This document shows, piece after piece, positions 18,659-28,909 of a DNA stretch of 64,000 nt. The DNA lies in assembly GCA_963675595.2 (NCBI GenBank), contig CAXXLZ010000003.1, positions 128,001 to 192,000 of the forward strand. Reading direction: 5' to 3'. A model generated the notes under the pieces. It had not been told where the DNA came from and ran no database searches. It was given only the letters and a program-made list of their open reading frames with translations. Positions within the stretch are counted from its first letter, which is position 1; each line of letters begins with the position of its first letter. Position numbers and translations under genes: made by a program. The stretch comes from Thermodesulfobacteriota bacterium (GTDB lineage Bacteria; Desulfobacterota; Desulfarculia; JACQYL01).

Positions 18659-20884
18659 CTATTTCCTCACCGGTAGTTCAATCACGAATCGGGTACCCCT
18701 GGGTTCATTGTCCCTCACCCGGATGAACCCGTCGTGATCCTGAATGATCGTGTTGACAATTGCGAGTCCGAGTCCGGTCCCGGACTTTTTCGTGGAAAAA
18801 TAGGGCTCGAAAAGCCTGGGTCTATCTTCCGGCGGGATTCCGGGTCCGTCATCTGTCATTTCGATGCGCGCCATATTCAGAATGGGGTCGTAGTCCACCA
18901 GGATTTCGATTACCCCCTTGCCGGAATCCATTACCGCCACCGCATTGTCCAGCAGGTTTACAAAGACCCGTTTCATTTGTTCTCGATCGAGATTAAACGG
19001 GGGAACCGGATGGATTATCCGATAACGGAACTCGATTTCTTTGTGAGATTCTTTGTATAGGGGCAGCGTTTCATCAACTACGTCCGTCAGCTGATTCATG
19101 GTGGGATTGACCGAGGGCATTCGGGCAAATGCCGAGAACTCATTTACCAGCTTCTTGAGCTCTTCCACCTGACGGACTATGGTTGATGTGCATTCACCGA
19201 AAATATCTCCCGTTTCACAAAACCGGTCCCCGTAACGTTTCTGCAGTCGTTGGGCGCACAATTGGATCGGGGTGAGAGGGTTCTTAATCTCGTGAGCGAT
19301 CCTCCGAGCCACCTCTCTCCAAGCACTGATCCTCTGGGCCTTTTCGATTTCCGACAGATCGTCGAGAACAACCACCATTCCCATGTATCTGTCGTCTTCG
19401 TCTCTAAGCAGATTCACTTTCACCAGGAGTGTCAGCATGGAGTTTCCAACTGGAATCTTTACCTGGCGTTCCAGGGTACCGCTCTTGAGAAGGCGAACTT
19501 CGTCTATGAACTGCTGGATGAGTTGACCATAAGGCGAAGATAGGAACTCTCCGATTTCTCGATTGAGCAGTCGTTCAGCCTTAACACTGATCATTCTTTC
19601 CACCGACCGATTGATCGTGGTGATCCGTCCGAGTGAATCCACCGAAATCACGCCCGCCGCGACGTTCTTAAGAACGACTTCCATGTACCTGCGCCGCTGT
19701 TCGACTTCCACGTTTCGGCGCAGGAGTTCGCGGTTCGTCTTGTCCAATTCCCGCCGACTCTTTTTCAAATCCTGCGCCATCCGGTTGAACGACGTAACCA
19801 ACGTTCCGATTTCGTCCTTGGACTCCGGTTCGATCTGAACGTCGTAGTTGCCGTGGGCCACACTGTTCGTTGCCTCGGCCAACTTGCGCACAGGGTCGGT
19901 AAGTTCTCTGGAAAGATAGAAGCCGTACCACGTGGCGAAGAACAGAATAATAAGGGTCACGGCGGAAAGAATGATGTAATGGGTGACCTTGATGGGGCTC
20001 TTGAGCAGAACCGCCTGCTTGTAACTCTCATATCCATTGGAGACCAGTTCCATTTTCTCAACCAAAGCGGACGGTACAAGCGCAGCGGCCACCACCAGGC
20101 TACGTTCCGCCCCTCGTCGTTCCCGCTTATCGAGGGGCGCCAAAGCGATAAGCCAATCCCCTTCCTTTCGCGAAATAACCCTGGGTTCCGGCAACTTTCC
20201 CGCCATGGATGCGGCAACCACATCGGCTGGAAGAGAGCGGGCGGGATCAAACCACGAATATCCTTCGCCCACGGTGATCCAGCTCCCCTTGTCCGGTCGG
20301 TACAAGCATACGAAGGATAGCGGAGAACGAGAAATCTCCTCCTCCATTGCCGCTTCCAGCGTCTTACGGTCGGCGGTGGGGGTATTCCCGAGATGCACGG
20401 CCATGCGGTTTCCCGCCCGGACGGCGTCGTCCTTCATCCTCTGATAGAACTCCGTCCCCAGATCCAGAGAGTTCTGGAGGGACCGTTCCACGTTCAGATT
20501 AAACCAATGCTCGACGCTGGAGGAAATGAACTGAATGGAAAGAAAGAAAAGCAGAATGGTCGGCATCAAGGACAGGGATGTGAACGCTACGACCAATCGG
20601 GTTCTCAGACGTGAGCCCAGAATCTTCCTGCGCCGTTCGAAAACCAGTTTTACTAAGTTCCTTACTACTAGAAAGATGAGCAGCAGCAGCAGGGTGGTAT
20701 TGATGTTGATGAGGGCGAAAAAGAGAACGCTGTTATAAAAGGGAAGCCCCATACCCATGCGAAGCGAATGGACTTCCACGTAGGTGACCACCGCCATCAC
20801 CAGAAGAATGACGAAGATCGCGGTCCTTTCCCGGCGTCGTCTGCGGTATTCCTTTTCGTCGAGATGGGGGTCGATCTGCACCAT
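18659..20884 (-). CDS. ntrY: NtrY-like HAMP-PAS histidine kinase
   Basis: GSRLRTRLVVAF, AWREVARRIAHEIKNPLTPIQL, GTGLGLAIV. Confidence 0.9.
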   Translation of the reverse strand: MVQIDPHLDEKEYRRRRRERTAIFVILLVMAVVTYVEVHSLRMGMGLPFYNSVLFFALININTTLLLLLIFLVVRNLVKLVFERRRKILGSRLRTRLVVAFTSLSLMPTILLFFLSIQFISSSVEHWFNLNVERSLQNSLDLGTEFYQRMKDDAVRAGNRMAVHLGNTPTADRKTLEAAMEEEISRSPLSFVCLYRPDKGSWITVGEGYSWFDPARSLPADVVAASMAGKLPEPRVISRKEGDWLIALAPLDKRERRGAERSLVVAAALVPSALVEKMELVSNGYESYKQAVLLKSPIKVTHYIILSAVTLIILFFATWYGFYLSRELTDPVRKLAEATNSVAHGNYDVQIEPESKDEIGTLVTSFNRMAQDLKKSRRELDKTNRELLRRNVEVEQRRRYMEVVLKNVAAGVISVDSLGRITTINRSVERMISVKAERLLNREIGEFLSSPYGQLIQQFIDEVRLLKSGTLERQVKIPVGNSMLTLLVKVNLLRDEDDRYMGMVVVLDDLSEIEKAQRISAWREVARRIAHEIKNPLTPIQLCAQRLQKRYGDRFCETGDIFGECTSTIVRQVEELKKLVNEFSAFARMPSVNPTMNQLTDVVDETLPLYKESHKEIEFRYRIIHPVPPFNLDREQMKRVFVNLLDNAVAVMDSGKGVIEILVDYDPILNMARIEMTDDGPGIPPEDRPRLFEPYFSTKKSGTGLGLAIVNTIIQDHDGFIRVRDNEPRGTRFVIELPVRK

Positions 20885-20893
20885 GAGGATGCC

Positions 20894-21520
20894 TTATCTG
20901 TTTCCCGGCGGATACCCCTCGTATGTGAGAGCTGCTTCGTACCAGTCGGTTTTGAAGTCCCAAAGAGAGACGAAAAACAGCACGTAATGCAAATAGAGAG
21001 GTAGACGGACTTTGTTGAGTTCCGCTCGAACCCTCAGCAGATACGTTTCGTTCGGCCGGAGTCGTCCGGTCTCGATCAACTTGACCCCGTTCAGTTCCGT
21101 GAGAAGAATCTTCGCTTCGTTGAAATCCTTCACCGCCGTGGTGGACTGGGTATTCTTGTCCGCCGACGAAACTGAGAATTGTTGCTTGAGGGGATTGTAT
21201 TTGATGGTGTGGTCGACGGTAAGGCTGTTGAGCTCCTGATCCCACCAAAAAGCTACTTTTCTGTAAAATTCAATTCGAAAAGTGAAGGTCGTGGCGATTC
21301 CGCTCAGGATAGCCCTATTCATCTCCTGGGTGAAACTGTTCTTGACCCGACAGTAAAGAAGCAGGTGATCCCCTGTGGGAGTAATGAGGACATCGTCGAT
21401 GATTGCCCGTTCCGCGGAGGCAAGGCTCGGAAACAGTGCCGTCGGCACTAACAGAGTGGTGAGGAATATCACTAGATAACGAACAAAAAGAGATTTCATG
21501 AGCAGCCGTTTAATGCCCAT
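20894..21520 (-). CDS. DUF4390 domain exported protein
   Basis: Signal peptide; AILSGIATTFTF, HTIKYNPLK, SLWDFKTDW; usual position upstream of ntrY; start 21520 or 21499. Confidence 0.8.
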   Translation of the reverse strand: MGIKRLLMKSLFVRYLVIFLTTLLVPTALFPSLASAERAIIDDVLITPTGDHLLLYCRVKNSFTQEMNRAILSGIATTFTFRIEFYRKVAFWWDQELNSLTVDHTIKYNPLKQQFSVSSADKNTQSTTAVKDFNEAKILLTELNGVKLIETGRLRPNETYLLRVRAELNKVRLPLYLHYVLFFVSLWDFKTDWYEAALTYEGYPPGNR

Positions 21521-21790
21521 CGAGTTCGTATCGGTAGCAGGGCGCGGAAATGCACCCGGATCGGAACACGACCATGGATTTCGGGAAGCGAAACCACGCC
21601 CCGGAACATGTCGCGATTCCGGAAGCACGCTTTTGTAGTCCGGAGCTCGAAAGGCGGGGAGTTCAGCGACTTGCCGACCTTACAAGAGTATTAAGCTACA
21701 CGCTCGTGAAATGCAAGTCGAAACCATCACGGGGCGTGACGGTGGAGCATGGGGCGGCATGGCTTGGGGGTAATGAGGCCCGGGAAAAGA

Positions 21791-22720
21791 TCAGGCCACG
21801 AGAGGCTGCGGGCAGGGAAAAAACTCTCGCGTTTCCTTACCCGCCCAATGGAACAGAACTTCATCGAAGCAGGCAAGATGCCAGTAATCAGGATTTTCTT
21901 TCAACGTTCGAACGACTTGGTGGTTCAAAGAATGTCCCGACTTGTGTACGGAGCATTCCCCCATTAAGGGATAACCCAGCAGCGCAACGTCGCCGATGAA
22001 ATCGAGGACTTTGTGGCGTACGAACTCGTCAGGGTATCTCAGCCCTTCCTCATTGAGAATGCGGTGCTCATCGAGGACTACGGCATTTTCCAGGGACCCC
22101 CCCAGAGCCAAGCCGTTCCTCCTCATGTATTCAACATCCTTCAGGAAACCGAAGGTCCTGGCTCCCGCGATATCTCGCTCGAAGTTTTCCTGGTTCAGTT
22201 CGAAGAAAATCTCCTGGCCGGTGACCATGGGGTGATGGAAATCGATGGAATAACGGATGGTCGTTTGGTGGGATGGATAAAGCTCAACGAACTTGTCCCC
22301 ATCTTGGACTCGCAGGGTCCGATCAATCCGAATGAATTTTCGGAGCGCTTTCTGACTTACCGTGCCTGCGGTCTTCAATAGGGAGACGAAGGGCGCGGCG
22401 CTGCCGTCCATAATGGGAACTTCGGGCCCACCCACTTCAACTTCCAGATTGTCGATGCCCAGACCCGCCACGGCGGCCATGAGGTGTTCAACCGTGGAAA
22501 TCCTCGCTCCATTACTACCGAGGCTTGTGGCTAGTGTGGTATCCACCACACGTTCAGCCACCGCCTCGATCACCGGCTTGGACGGCAGGTCTCCTCGTAC
22601 GAACCGTACTCCGCTGTCCGGGCCGGCCGGCCTTAACACCAGATCGATTCTTTCGCCACTGTGAAGCCCGATCCCGCAGGATCGGACTTCGTTTTGAATT
22701 GTCTTCTGGTGCAAGGCCAC
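21791..22720 (-). CDS. lpxC: UDP-3-O-acyl-N-acetylglucosamine deacetylase
   Basis: GIGLHSG, ISTVEHL, EVPIMDGSA, ARTFGF, EFVRHKVLD, KSGH; GTG start after GAGGAG. Confidence 0.96.
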   Translation of the reverse strand: MALHQKTIQNEVRSCGIGLHSGERIDLVLRPAGPDSGVRFVRGDLPSKPVIEAVAERVVDTTLATSLGSNGARISTVEHLMAAVAGLGIDNLEVEVGGPEVPIMDGSAAPFVSLLKTAGTVSQKALRKFIRIDRTLRVQDGDKFVELYPSHQTTIRYSIDFHHPMVTGQEIFFELNQENFERDIAGARTFGFLKDVEYMRRNGLALGGSLENAVVLDEHRILNEEGLRYPDEFVRHKVLDFIGDVALLGYPLMGECSVHKSGHSLNHQVVRTLKENPDYWHLACFDEVLFHWAGKETREFFPCPQPLVA

Positions 22721-23182
22721 AACCAACTCTCCTCTTCTCCTTCTCCTTGAGGCCGAACTTAATGCAAGCATCGGACCATTTCAAACGGTCCTCTTTATTC
22801 TTTTTAAGTGCTTGAAATCGCAGGATGAGTTATCCAAGGGAAGTCCGATTCGCATTCCGGTACCCAGGCACTGTGGCGGTATGCACACAGCTAACGCCAT
22901 TGTGTGGGTTTTTTCGCACATCCGCTTGACGGTTCCGAGTCCGCAATACCGTTTCCGGGACCTTGGGTGCGAACACTCCACGGTCACAGGAAACGCGGAC
23001 AAAGAGGCAACCGGAGACAAAGACCGACGGAATCGGCCGCCGTTATATCCTACACGATCATTACTTCTCGATGCGCAAGCCGGCCTGCGGTTCTCGCATC
23101 CCCTCCGTGAAGGAGCTTTGTGATTGACTTGATTCCAGGAGACTCCTAAGTTCTCTCAACTTCTGTTCCGGAGGTCCCAATC

Positions 23183-24463
23183 ATGTCGTTTATCGCCGAT
23201 CTGCATGTGCACTCTCGCTTCTCCGTGGCCACGAGCAAGGATATGGACTTGCCCCATCTCCACCAATGGGCCGGTATCAAGGGAATATCCCTTATGGCCA
23301 CCGGTGACGTGACTCATCCGACTTGGTGTCGGGAAATTCATGAATCCCTGGTCCCACTGGATTGTGGTCTTTTCGAGCTGAAACCCGAGTGCCGTCTTTC
23401 CGCCGAAGAGATTGGAACACGCGTGGACACGGGGAGCGTTCATTTCATCTTGTCCGCGGAAATCAGCACTATCTACAAAAAGGGGGGCAAGGTCCGCAAG
23501 GTCCATCATCTACTTCTTCTGCCCGATCTGGAAAGCGTTTCCAGACTCAATGACGCTTTGGAGCGTATCGGGAACATTCGTTCCGACGGGAGGCCCATTT
23601 TAGGACTGGACAGCAAGGATCTGCTGGAAATCGCCCTGGGCGTATCGGAAAGAATCCTGTTCATCCCCGCTCATGCATGGACCCCACACTTCAGCGTGCT
23701 CGGAGCCAAGTCCGGGTTTGATTCCATCGAAGAATGCTTCGAGGACTTGACGCCTCACATACATGCCGTCGAAACCGGCCTTTCTTCCGATCCTCCCATG
23801 AACTGGAGAGTGTCCGCTTTGGACGACTACCGGCTGCTTTCCAACTCGGACGCTCACTCCCCGTCCAAGCTGGGACGCAATGCAAACGTCATGGAAACGG
23901 AGTTTTCCTTTGACGGCGTTTCCCGTGCGGTGATGCTCGGAGAAGGTTTGTTGGGGACTTTGGACATGTACCCTGAGGAGGGCAAATATCATTACGATGG
24001 TCATCGAGCCTGCGGCAGGCGGATGAGTCCGGCGGAGACGGTCGCTCACGGTTATCGGTGTCCCGACTGCAATGCGCTCGTAACCGTCGGGGTCATGCAT
24101 CGAGTGGAGGCGCTGGCCGACCGGCCTGCGGGGTACGAGCCGAAAGGAGCGCCGAGCTGCACCCATATCATTCCGTTGATCGAAGTCTTGTCGGAGGTCT
24201 TGAAAGCCGGAGTCAACACCAAGAAGGTCCGAAACGTCTACTTTGATCTGATCCGTCGCCTCGGTCCGGAATTATTCATCCTGCTTGAAGCGCCTTTGGA
24301 ACTGCTGGAAAAAGAAGGTTCCGAACTAATTGCGGAAGGCATCCGAAGGATGAGATGCGGAGAAGTCAACGTCACTCCGGGATACGACGGTGAATTCGGC
24401 AAGGTCCGGTTGTTCGACCCTGGTGAAAGGAGCCGTATTCTCAAACAGACAAGCCTGTTCTGA
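23183..24463 (+). CDS. Endonuclease Q-family PHP-domain protein
   Basis: ADLHVHSRFS, IPAHAWTPHF, ETGLSSDP, SNSDAHSP, GKYHYDGHRAC...CPDC zinc finger, PGYDGEFG; GGAGG RBS. Confidence 0.88.
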   Translation: MSFIADLHVHSRFSVATSKDMDLPHLHQWAGIKGISLMATGDVTHPTWCREIHESLVPLDCGLFELKPECRLSAEEIGTRVDTGSVHFILSAEISTIYKKGGKVRKVHHLLLLPDLESVSRLNDALERIGNIRSDGRPILGLDSKDLLEIALGVSERILFIPAHAWTPHFSVLGAKSGFDSIEECFEDLTPHIHAVETGLSSDPPMNWRVSALDDYRLLSNSDAHSPSKLGRNANVMETEFSFDGVSRAVMLGEGLLGTLDMYPEEGKYHYDGHRACGRRMSPAETVAHGYRCPDCNALVTVGVMHRVEALADRPAGYEPKGAPSCTHIIPLIEVLSEVLKAGVNTKKVRNVYFDLIRRLGPELFILLEAPLELLEKEGSELIAEGIRRMRCGEVNVTPGYDGEFGKVRLFDPGERSRILKQTSLF

Positions 24464-24574
24464 GAGCCGCCGCCGTTGAAAGAGGGTGAATTGCACGGGG
24501 GCGCCTTCCTCGACGGGGCTCGTGCAGCCTCATCGAGGAAAGCGGTCGACAGTCCCGGGGTCCCCAGGTTTCCG

Positions 24575-25246
24575 TCAGCTTCCCAGTGCCTTGCGGTATT
24601 TTGCCAGACGTTCCGAGTACTTCTTATCATCGGGCTGCAAAGTGACCGCTTTCTCAGCCCAGGTGACCGCATCTTCCGTTCTTCCGGCCGCGAAGTAGGC
24701 CTGTGCCAGGGTATCCATGAAGGCGGCGTTGGATTCTCCCGAAAGCTCCACCGCCTTCTCCGCATATTCCACCGCGAGCTTAGGGTCTCGGAACTTCATG
24801 TCCTCGGACGCCGAATAAATCCAGGCGAGATTGTTGTAGGCTCTGGGGTCTTCCGGGGCCAGTTCCACGGCCTTCTCATAATCCGCGATTGCTCTCTTGT
24901 ATACTTTGGTAATGGTGTAACAGACGCCGCGGTTGTAGTAGGCGCTGACGTTCTGGTCGCTGAGTCTCAGAGCTTCATCGAAGTCACGGACCGCTTTTCG
25001 GATTTCACCCAGTCGTTGGTAGGCCACTCCTCTGTCATGATACGCCGGAGCGAATTCCGGGTCTGTTTTTATGGCCTGATCGAAGTAACTGATGGCCTCC
25101 CCGGGGCTGACGGCTTGTTGGCCTTTCAGGTAGTATTCTTCCGCGGTTTCGGCGGACGCGGTCATGGGGAAGCATGCGTATGCCGCTGCGATGACAAAGG
25201 CGGTGATGATTTTCCATGCGTTGGAGTGATCGAGTCTGCCTTTCAT
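24575..25246 (-). CDS. Exported TPR-repeat protein
   Basis: Signal peptide ending ASA; TPR motifs AYHDRG, AYYNRG, AYNNLAW, DTLAQAY; AAGGAG upstream. Confidence 0.85.
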   Translation of the reverse strand: MKGRLDHSNAWKIITAFVIAAAYACFPMTASAETAEEYYLKGQQAVSPGEAISYFDQAIKTDPEFAPAYHDRGVAYQRLGEIRKAVRDFDEALRLSDQNVSAYYNRGVCYTITKVYKRAIADYEKAVELAPEDPRAYNNLAWIYSASEDMKFRDPKLAVEYAEKAVELSGESNAAFMDTLAQAYFAAGRTEDAVTWAEKAVTLQPDDKKYSERLAKYRKALGS

Positions 25247-25308
25247 GTTGGGTTTTTCTCCTTCCTTCGCTGGTCTTTGGTTGTTCTTCCACGTCCGGGT
25301 AGGGAAAT

Positions 25309-26541
25309 TCAGGGGAGAGGCGTTCGCTTCATCACCGGGAAGTAGAGTTGTCCCCAATGGCGGCTCGAACCGGCGGCGATTTCCGCGTACCGGCCGCTGC
25401 CCCAGAAAACGTCGACCCTTCCGGGTCCCACAATGGCGCCGCCGGTGTCCTGGTTGCATGCGAACCTTCCATAAGGCACCCATTCGGCGGGGTCACCCTT
25501 GGAATCGAGAACCGGTTTGTAACTTTGGACATAGGCCAAGGCCCCCTTGGGAAACAATTCGTCGTCTGTTGCCACGGATCGACCCGGTGTGAGGACGATT
25601 CCGATATTTCCAACAGGCCCGGTGTCGAGGGTTCTGAAAAAGACGTAACTCGGGTTGGCATGAAGAATCCGATCGATTTCTTCCGGATGGTGATGGAGGT
25701 ATTCCTTGATGGCGAACATGGACATGTCTTCTTTTGATATGATTCCCTCATCAATCATCAGTTTGCCGATGCTGTGATAAGGGTGTCCGTTGGAACCTGC
25801 GTAGCCTACGTGAAGCAGCGATCCGTCCGGGAATCGAAGGAGGCCGGACCCTTGAACTTGGAGGAAGAATAGGTCGACGCGGTCTGCGGCATAGGCGATC
25901 TCGAGGCCCCGCCCGCTCAGGGCCCCCTCGCTGATCTCCTCATGAGTATAGTAGGGGACCACTTTGTCGCCCGATAGGCGGCCCAGCGCATAATTCACCC
26001 CGGACTCCGGGAGAAATTCCCGTATCATGACCTTGAGTCGATCCTTGGGAGTCGAATAGAGAGGTATCGAATATAGGGATGAAGGATTCCAGTCCGCCTC
26101 CACCAACGGCTCGTAATAGCCGGTGAACAATACGCCGTCACCGTTCCTGGATCCCACGGAGCGGTACATTACGTAACGATTCTTGATGAACTCGACCAAG
26201 TCGCCGTAGTCGTCGGAGTTCTCCATTTGATCCAACAGCGCCGCCATGGATGCGGCGAGGTGTGCGGCCGAGTACACGTCCCGTCCGTAACGGAACTCCC
26301 TATCGTACGGTACGGTTCGGTAGTATTCGAGACTTCCTTGGACCGCTCTGCGCAACGAATCCATGTCCAAATCATCCGCCAAGGGCGGCCAAGCGTCCGC
26401 CTCGATTCTTACCAAAGCGGTTTCCGCAGTCACCGTCTTCTCGCCGGGCGATGTACAACCCACGGCCGACAGCGCCGCAACACAGAGCAGAAGCAGGATT
26501 CGGAAGTCAAACCAGAGTCTGCGGTTGGAAAAAATCATCAT
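25309..26541 (-). CDS. mltA: Membrane-bound lytic murein transglycosylase A
   Basis: Lipobox AVGC; FTGYYEP, FFLQVQGSG, NPSYVFF, QDTGGAI.GPGRVDVFWG. Confidence 0.94.
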   Translation of the reverse strand: MMIFSNRRLWFDFRILLLLCVAALSAVGCTSPGEKTVTAETALVRIEADAWPPLADDLDMDSLRRAVQGSLEYYRTVPYDREFRYGRDVYSAAHLAASMAALLDQMENSDDYGDLVEFIKNRYVMYRSVGSRNGDGVLFTGYYEPLVEADWNPSSLYSIPLYSTPKDRLKVMIREFLPESGVNYALGRLSGDKVVPYYTHEEISEGALSGRGLEIAYAADRVDLFFLQVQGSGLLRFPDGSLLHVGYAGSNGHPYHSIGKLMIDEGIISKEDMSMFAIKEYLHHHPEEIDRILHANPSYVFFRTLDTGPVGNIGIVLTPGRSVATDDELFPKGALAYVQSYKPVLDSKGDPAEWVPYGRFACNQDTGGAIVGPGRVDVFWGSGRYAEIAAGSSRHWGQLYFPVMKRTPLP

Positions 26542-27077
26542 TGCCGATCCGTTTACGGGTTAACCGGGATAATTTTTGTGAGAAAGGTGTTCGCGGCCCT
26601 GTTGCCGAGCTTCTTGAAAAGGTCGATCGTTTCCATGTCGCAACCGGGGTCCGGGATGCTCTCTGCAATCATCCAACATTGCCGGTGTGCTGCTATGGAC
26701 TCCAAACAACCGGGACTCTACACCAGGACGTCGCAGATCGAATGCCTCCAATCGACACGGAATCCCAGCGGTCCGGCCCTTTTTCCCGGCGATTTCGTGT
26801 ATCAGCACGAATCGTCCGACCGGACCGACGTCCGTCGGAATATCCATCGGTGCGGAATGCGAACTTCGGGCGCGTTGCGGAGTGATGAAGCCCGGGAAAA
26901 ACATCGCCGTCGAATCCTCTTTGGGCGATCCCCGGCAAATGTAAACGATTCGCCGCCCTGGGGCAAGCGGGGGAAACGGGTGTGCACAAAAAGTTGAACG
27001 GGTTCCCTCTTGTGGCCGGCGTAATCGACCCGAAATAAGCCACCGAATGATTTGTCGATGGTCCGGCCGTCCGGTCC

Positions 27078-27107
27078 TGAGAAGAAGGTCGGTGAGAAGA
27101 AGGTCGG
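27078..27107 (+). repeat. Perfect 15-bp tandem duplication
   Basis: TGAGAAGAAGGTCGG x2. Confidence 0.9.
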
Positions 27108-27492
27108 TTGGCAACGCTCGATGCTTCGGGTAACATCAACCCAAGCTCGACCCGCAAAAGGCTTGTCCGTCTCGGGGGAATTCATGGGACTTGCCGATAC
27201 CGCACGGAAAAGCATATTCAAGGGCATTCACCGTGAAAGCCGGGCGGAGGTCGGCTGTTCGAGGCACGGGAGAAGAGAGACGCTTCCGGCCGCGGAGTTG
27301 ATGGTTATTTCGATTCCATGGTGAACGCATACGAGCGATTCGTGAGCTTTGGCGTTACCCGCCCCGGACGGATTTCGCCCTGGTCGGTGAGACCTGTTTG
27401 GCGGCGTTGGATGGAAGTGCGTGGCGTGACTTCCCCGAGGGTTGTTTCACGTGAGCGATTACCGAATTTCTTAAGCCGTAAGGAGCCGGAAC

Positions 27493-28605
27493 ATGGATGA
27501 AACGCTCGGAAAAGAACTCTGCAACAATCTGAATAACCGAGGGGGAGCGGTTCTCGCGTTTCCCGGTCCCGAATTGTTCGAACTGCTGGACGAACTCTTC
27601 ACCGTTGAGGAAGCCGAAGTGGCGGCCAAAATGCCCCCGGCGGCCATATCCGCCGAGGACTTGGCCGAAAGGCTTTCCAAGACTGCCGACGTCCTTGTTC
27701 CCATCCTGGAATCCATGACGGATAAAGGGACGGTTCTGGATCGGGAAAAGGACGGCGTAACCCTATACAAACTGCTGCCGCTCTTGCCCGGAATCTTTGA
27801 GTTCCAGTTCATGGGAGGCAAAGATACCGAGCGGCACCGAAGGCTGGCCCGGCTGTTCAAGGAGTATATCACCCTGGCCGAGGTCAAAATGCGCAAGACC
27901 GTGCCCGTCCCCAAAGACATGACGGCGTTTTCGCGTGTGATTCCAATCGAACGATCCATCGACGCCGGTCCTCGAATCTACACGTTTCACCAACTTTCCA
28001 AGTACATTGAGGAAGCCGAGGCCGTTTCCGTCGGACACTGCTATTGCCGCCATCAGGCTTATCTGTTGGGAGAAGAACCGTGCGAAGCTCCCAGGGAAAG
28101 TTGTTTCAGCTTCGGTCCCGGAGCGAAATACATATCCAAGCACGGACTCGGAAGACTGGTGAGCAAAGAAGAGGCTCTGGCCATCCTGGAGAAATGCGAG
28201 GAGAGCGGCCTGATTCACCTCACTTCCAATACATCGAATTTTCTCGAGTATTTGTGTAATTGCTGTGCGTGTCACTGCGATTCGCTGAAGAAGATCAAAG
28301 AGCAGGGATTGAGGTTCTACGGGGCCACGTCGGGTTTGTATCCCGAAACGGATCCCGATAAGTGCATCGGGTGTGGAACGTGTGAGGAGCATTGCCAAAT
28401 GGACGCCGTTACGGTGAACGACGAAGGAACGGCCGAAATTGATCGTAATATGTGCCTGGGCTGCGGCGCGTGCGCCTATCTTTGCCCCTCGGACGCGCTC
28501 GTCATGCGCTCCGCGGACGACATACGGGAACCGCCCAAAACCGCCAAGGACCTGCGTGCATCCGTTCTAAAAGACTTGCAGCGAGGTGCGGCCGAAGCCC
28601 GGTAG
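27493..28605 (+). CDS. 4Fe-4S dicluster protein with N-terminal winged-helix-like region
   Basis: CYCRH, CNCCACHC, CIGCGTCEEHC, CLGCGACAYLCP; AAGGAG RBS. Confidence 0.88.
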   Translation: MDETLGKELCNNLNNRGGAVLAFPGPELFELLDELFTVEEAEVAAKMPPAAISAEDLAERLSKTADVLVPILESMTDKGTVLDREKDGVTLYKLLPLLPGIFEFQFMGGKDTERHRRLARLFKEYITLAEVKMRKTVPVPKDMTAFSRVIPIERSIDAGPRIYTFHQLSKYIEEAEAVSVGHCYCRHQAYLLGEEPCEAPRESCFSFGPGAKYISKHGLGRLVSKEEALAILEKCEESGLIHLTSNTSNFLEYLCNCCACHCDSLKKIKEQGLRFYGATSGLYPETDPDKCIGCGTCEEHCQMDAVTVNDEGTAEIDRNMCLGCGACAYLCPSDALVMRSADDIREPPKTAKDLRASVLKDLQRGAAEAR

Positions 28606-28909
28606 AAGGACGACCTGTCGGGAGTGGTTGCCTCGCCGGATAACAGAGTGCGGGGCACTGGGCGTCACGACTGAGGCGTGTCCCTCGAACTCAAATCAAG
28701 GACCTTTGGTGTTGACGGCCGCCGTCGGCGGAAGAATGGAAGGGAGGCGTAGGCGCCGAACGAAAAGCAAATGAGCCGAATCGGACGTAGCCGGGCCTTT
28801 CTCAAGAAGTGATGCGGCTTTCAATATTTTCTTATCGCTTCCGTGCTTCACTGCAGGTGCCTGTACTTGAGGCCGAAGCCGGCCTGTTGCCATAGGAGGA
28901 ATTCACGAG

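Noticed and set aside
16800-27200. c-di-GMP (GEMM) riboswitch near the PilZ leader or at 27140-27200
   Set aside because: Only isolated fragments (GCAAA, TTGCCGA); P1/P2 architecture not recoverable by eye
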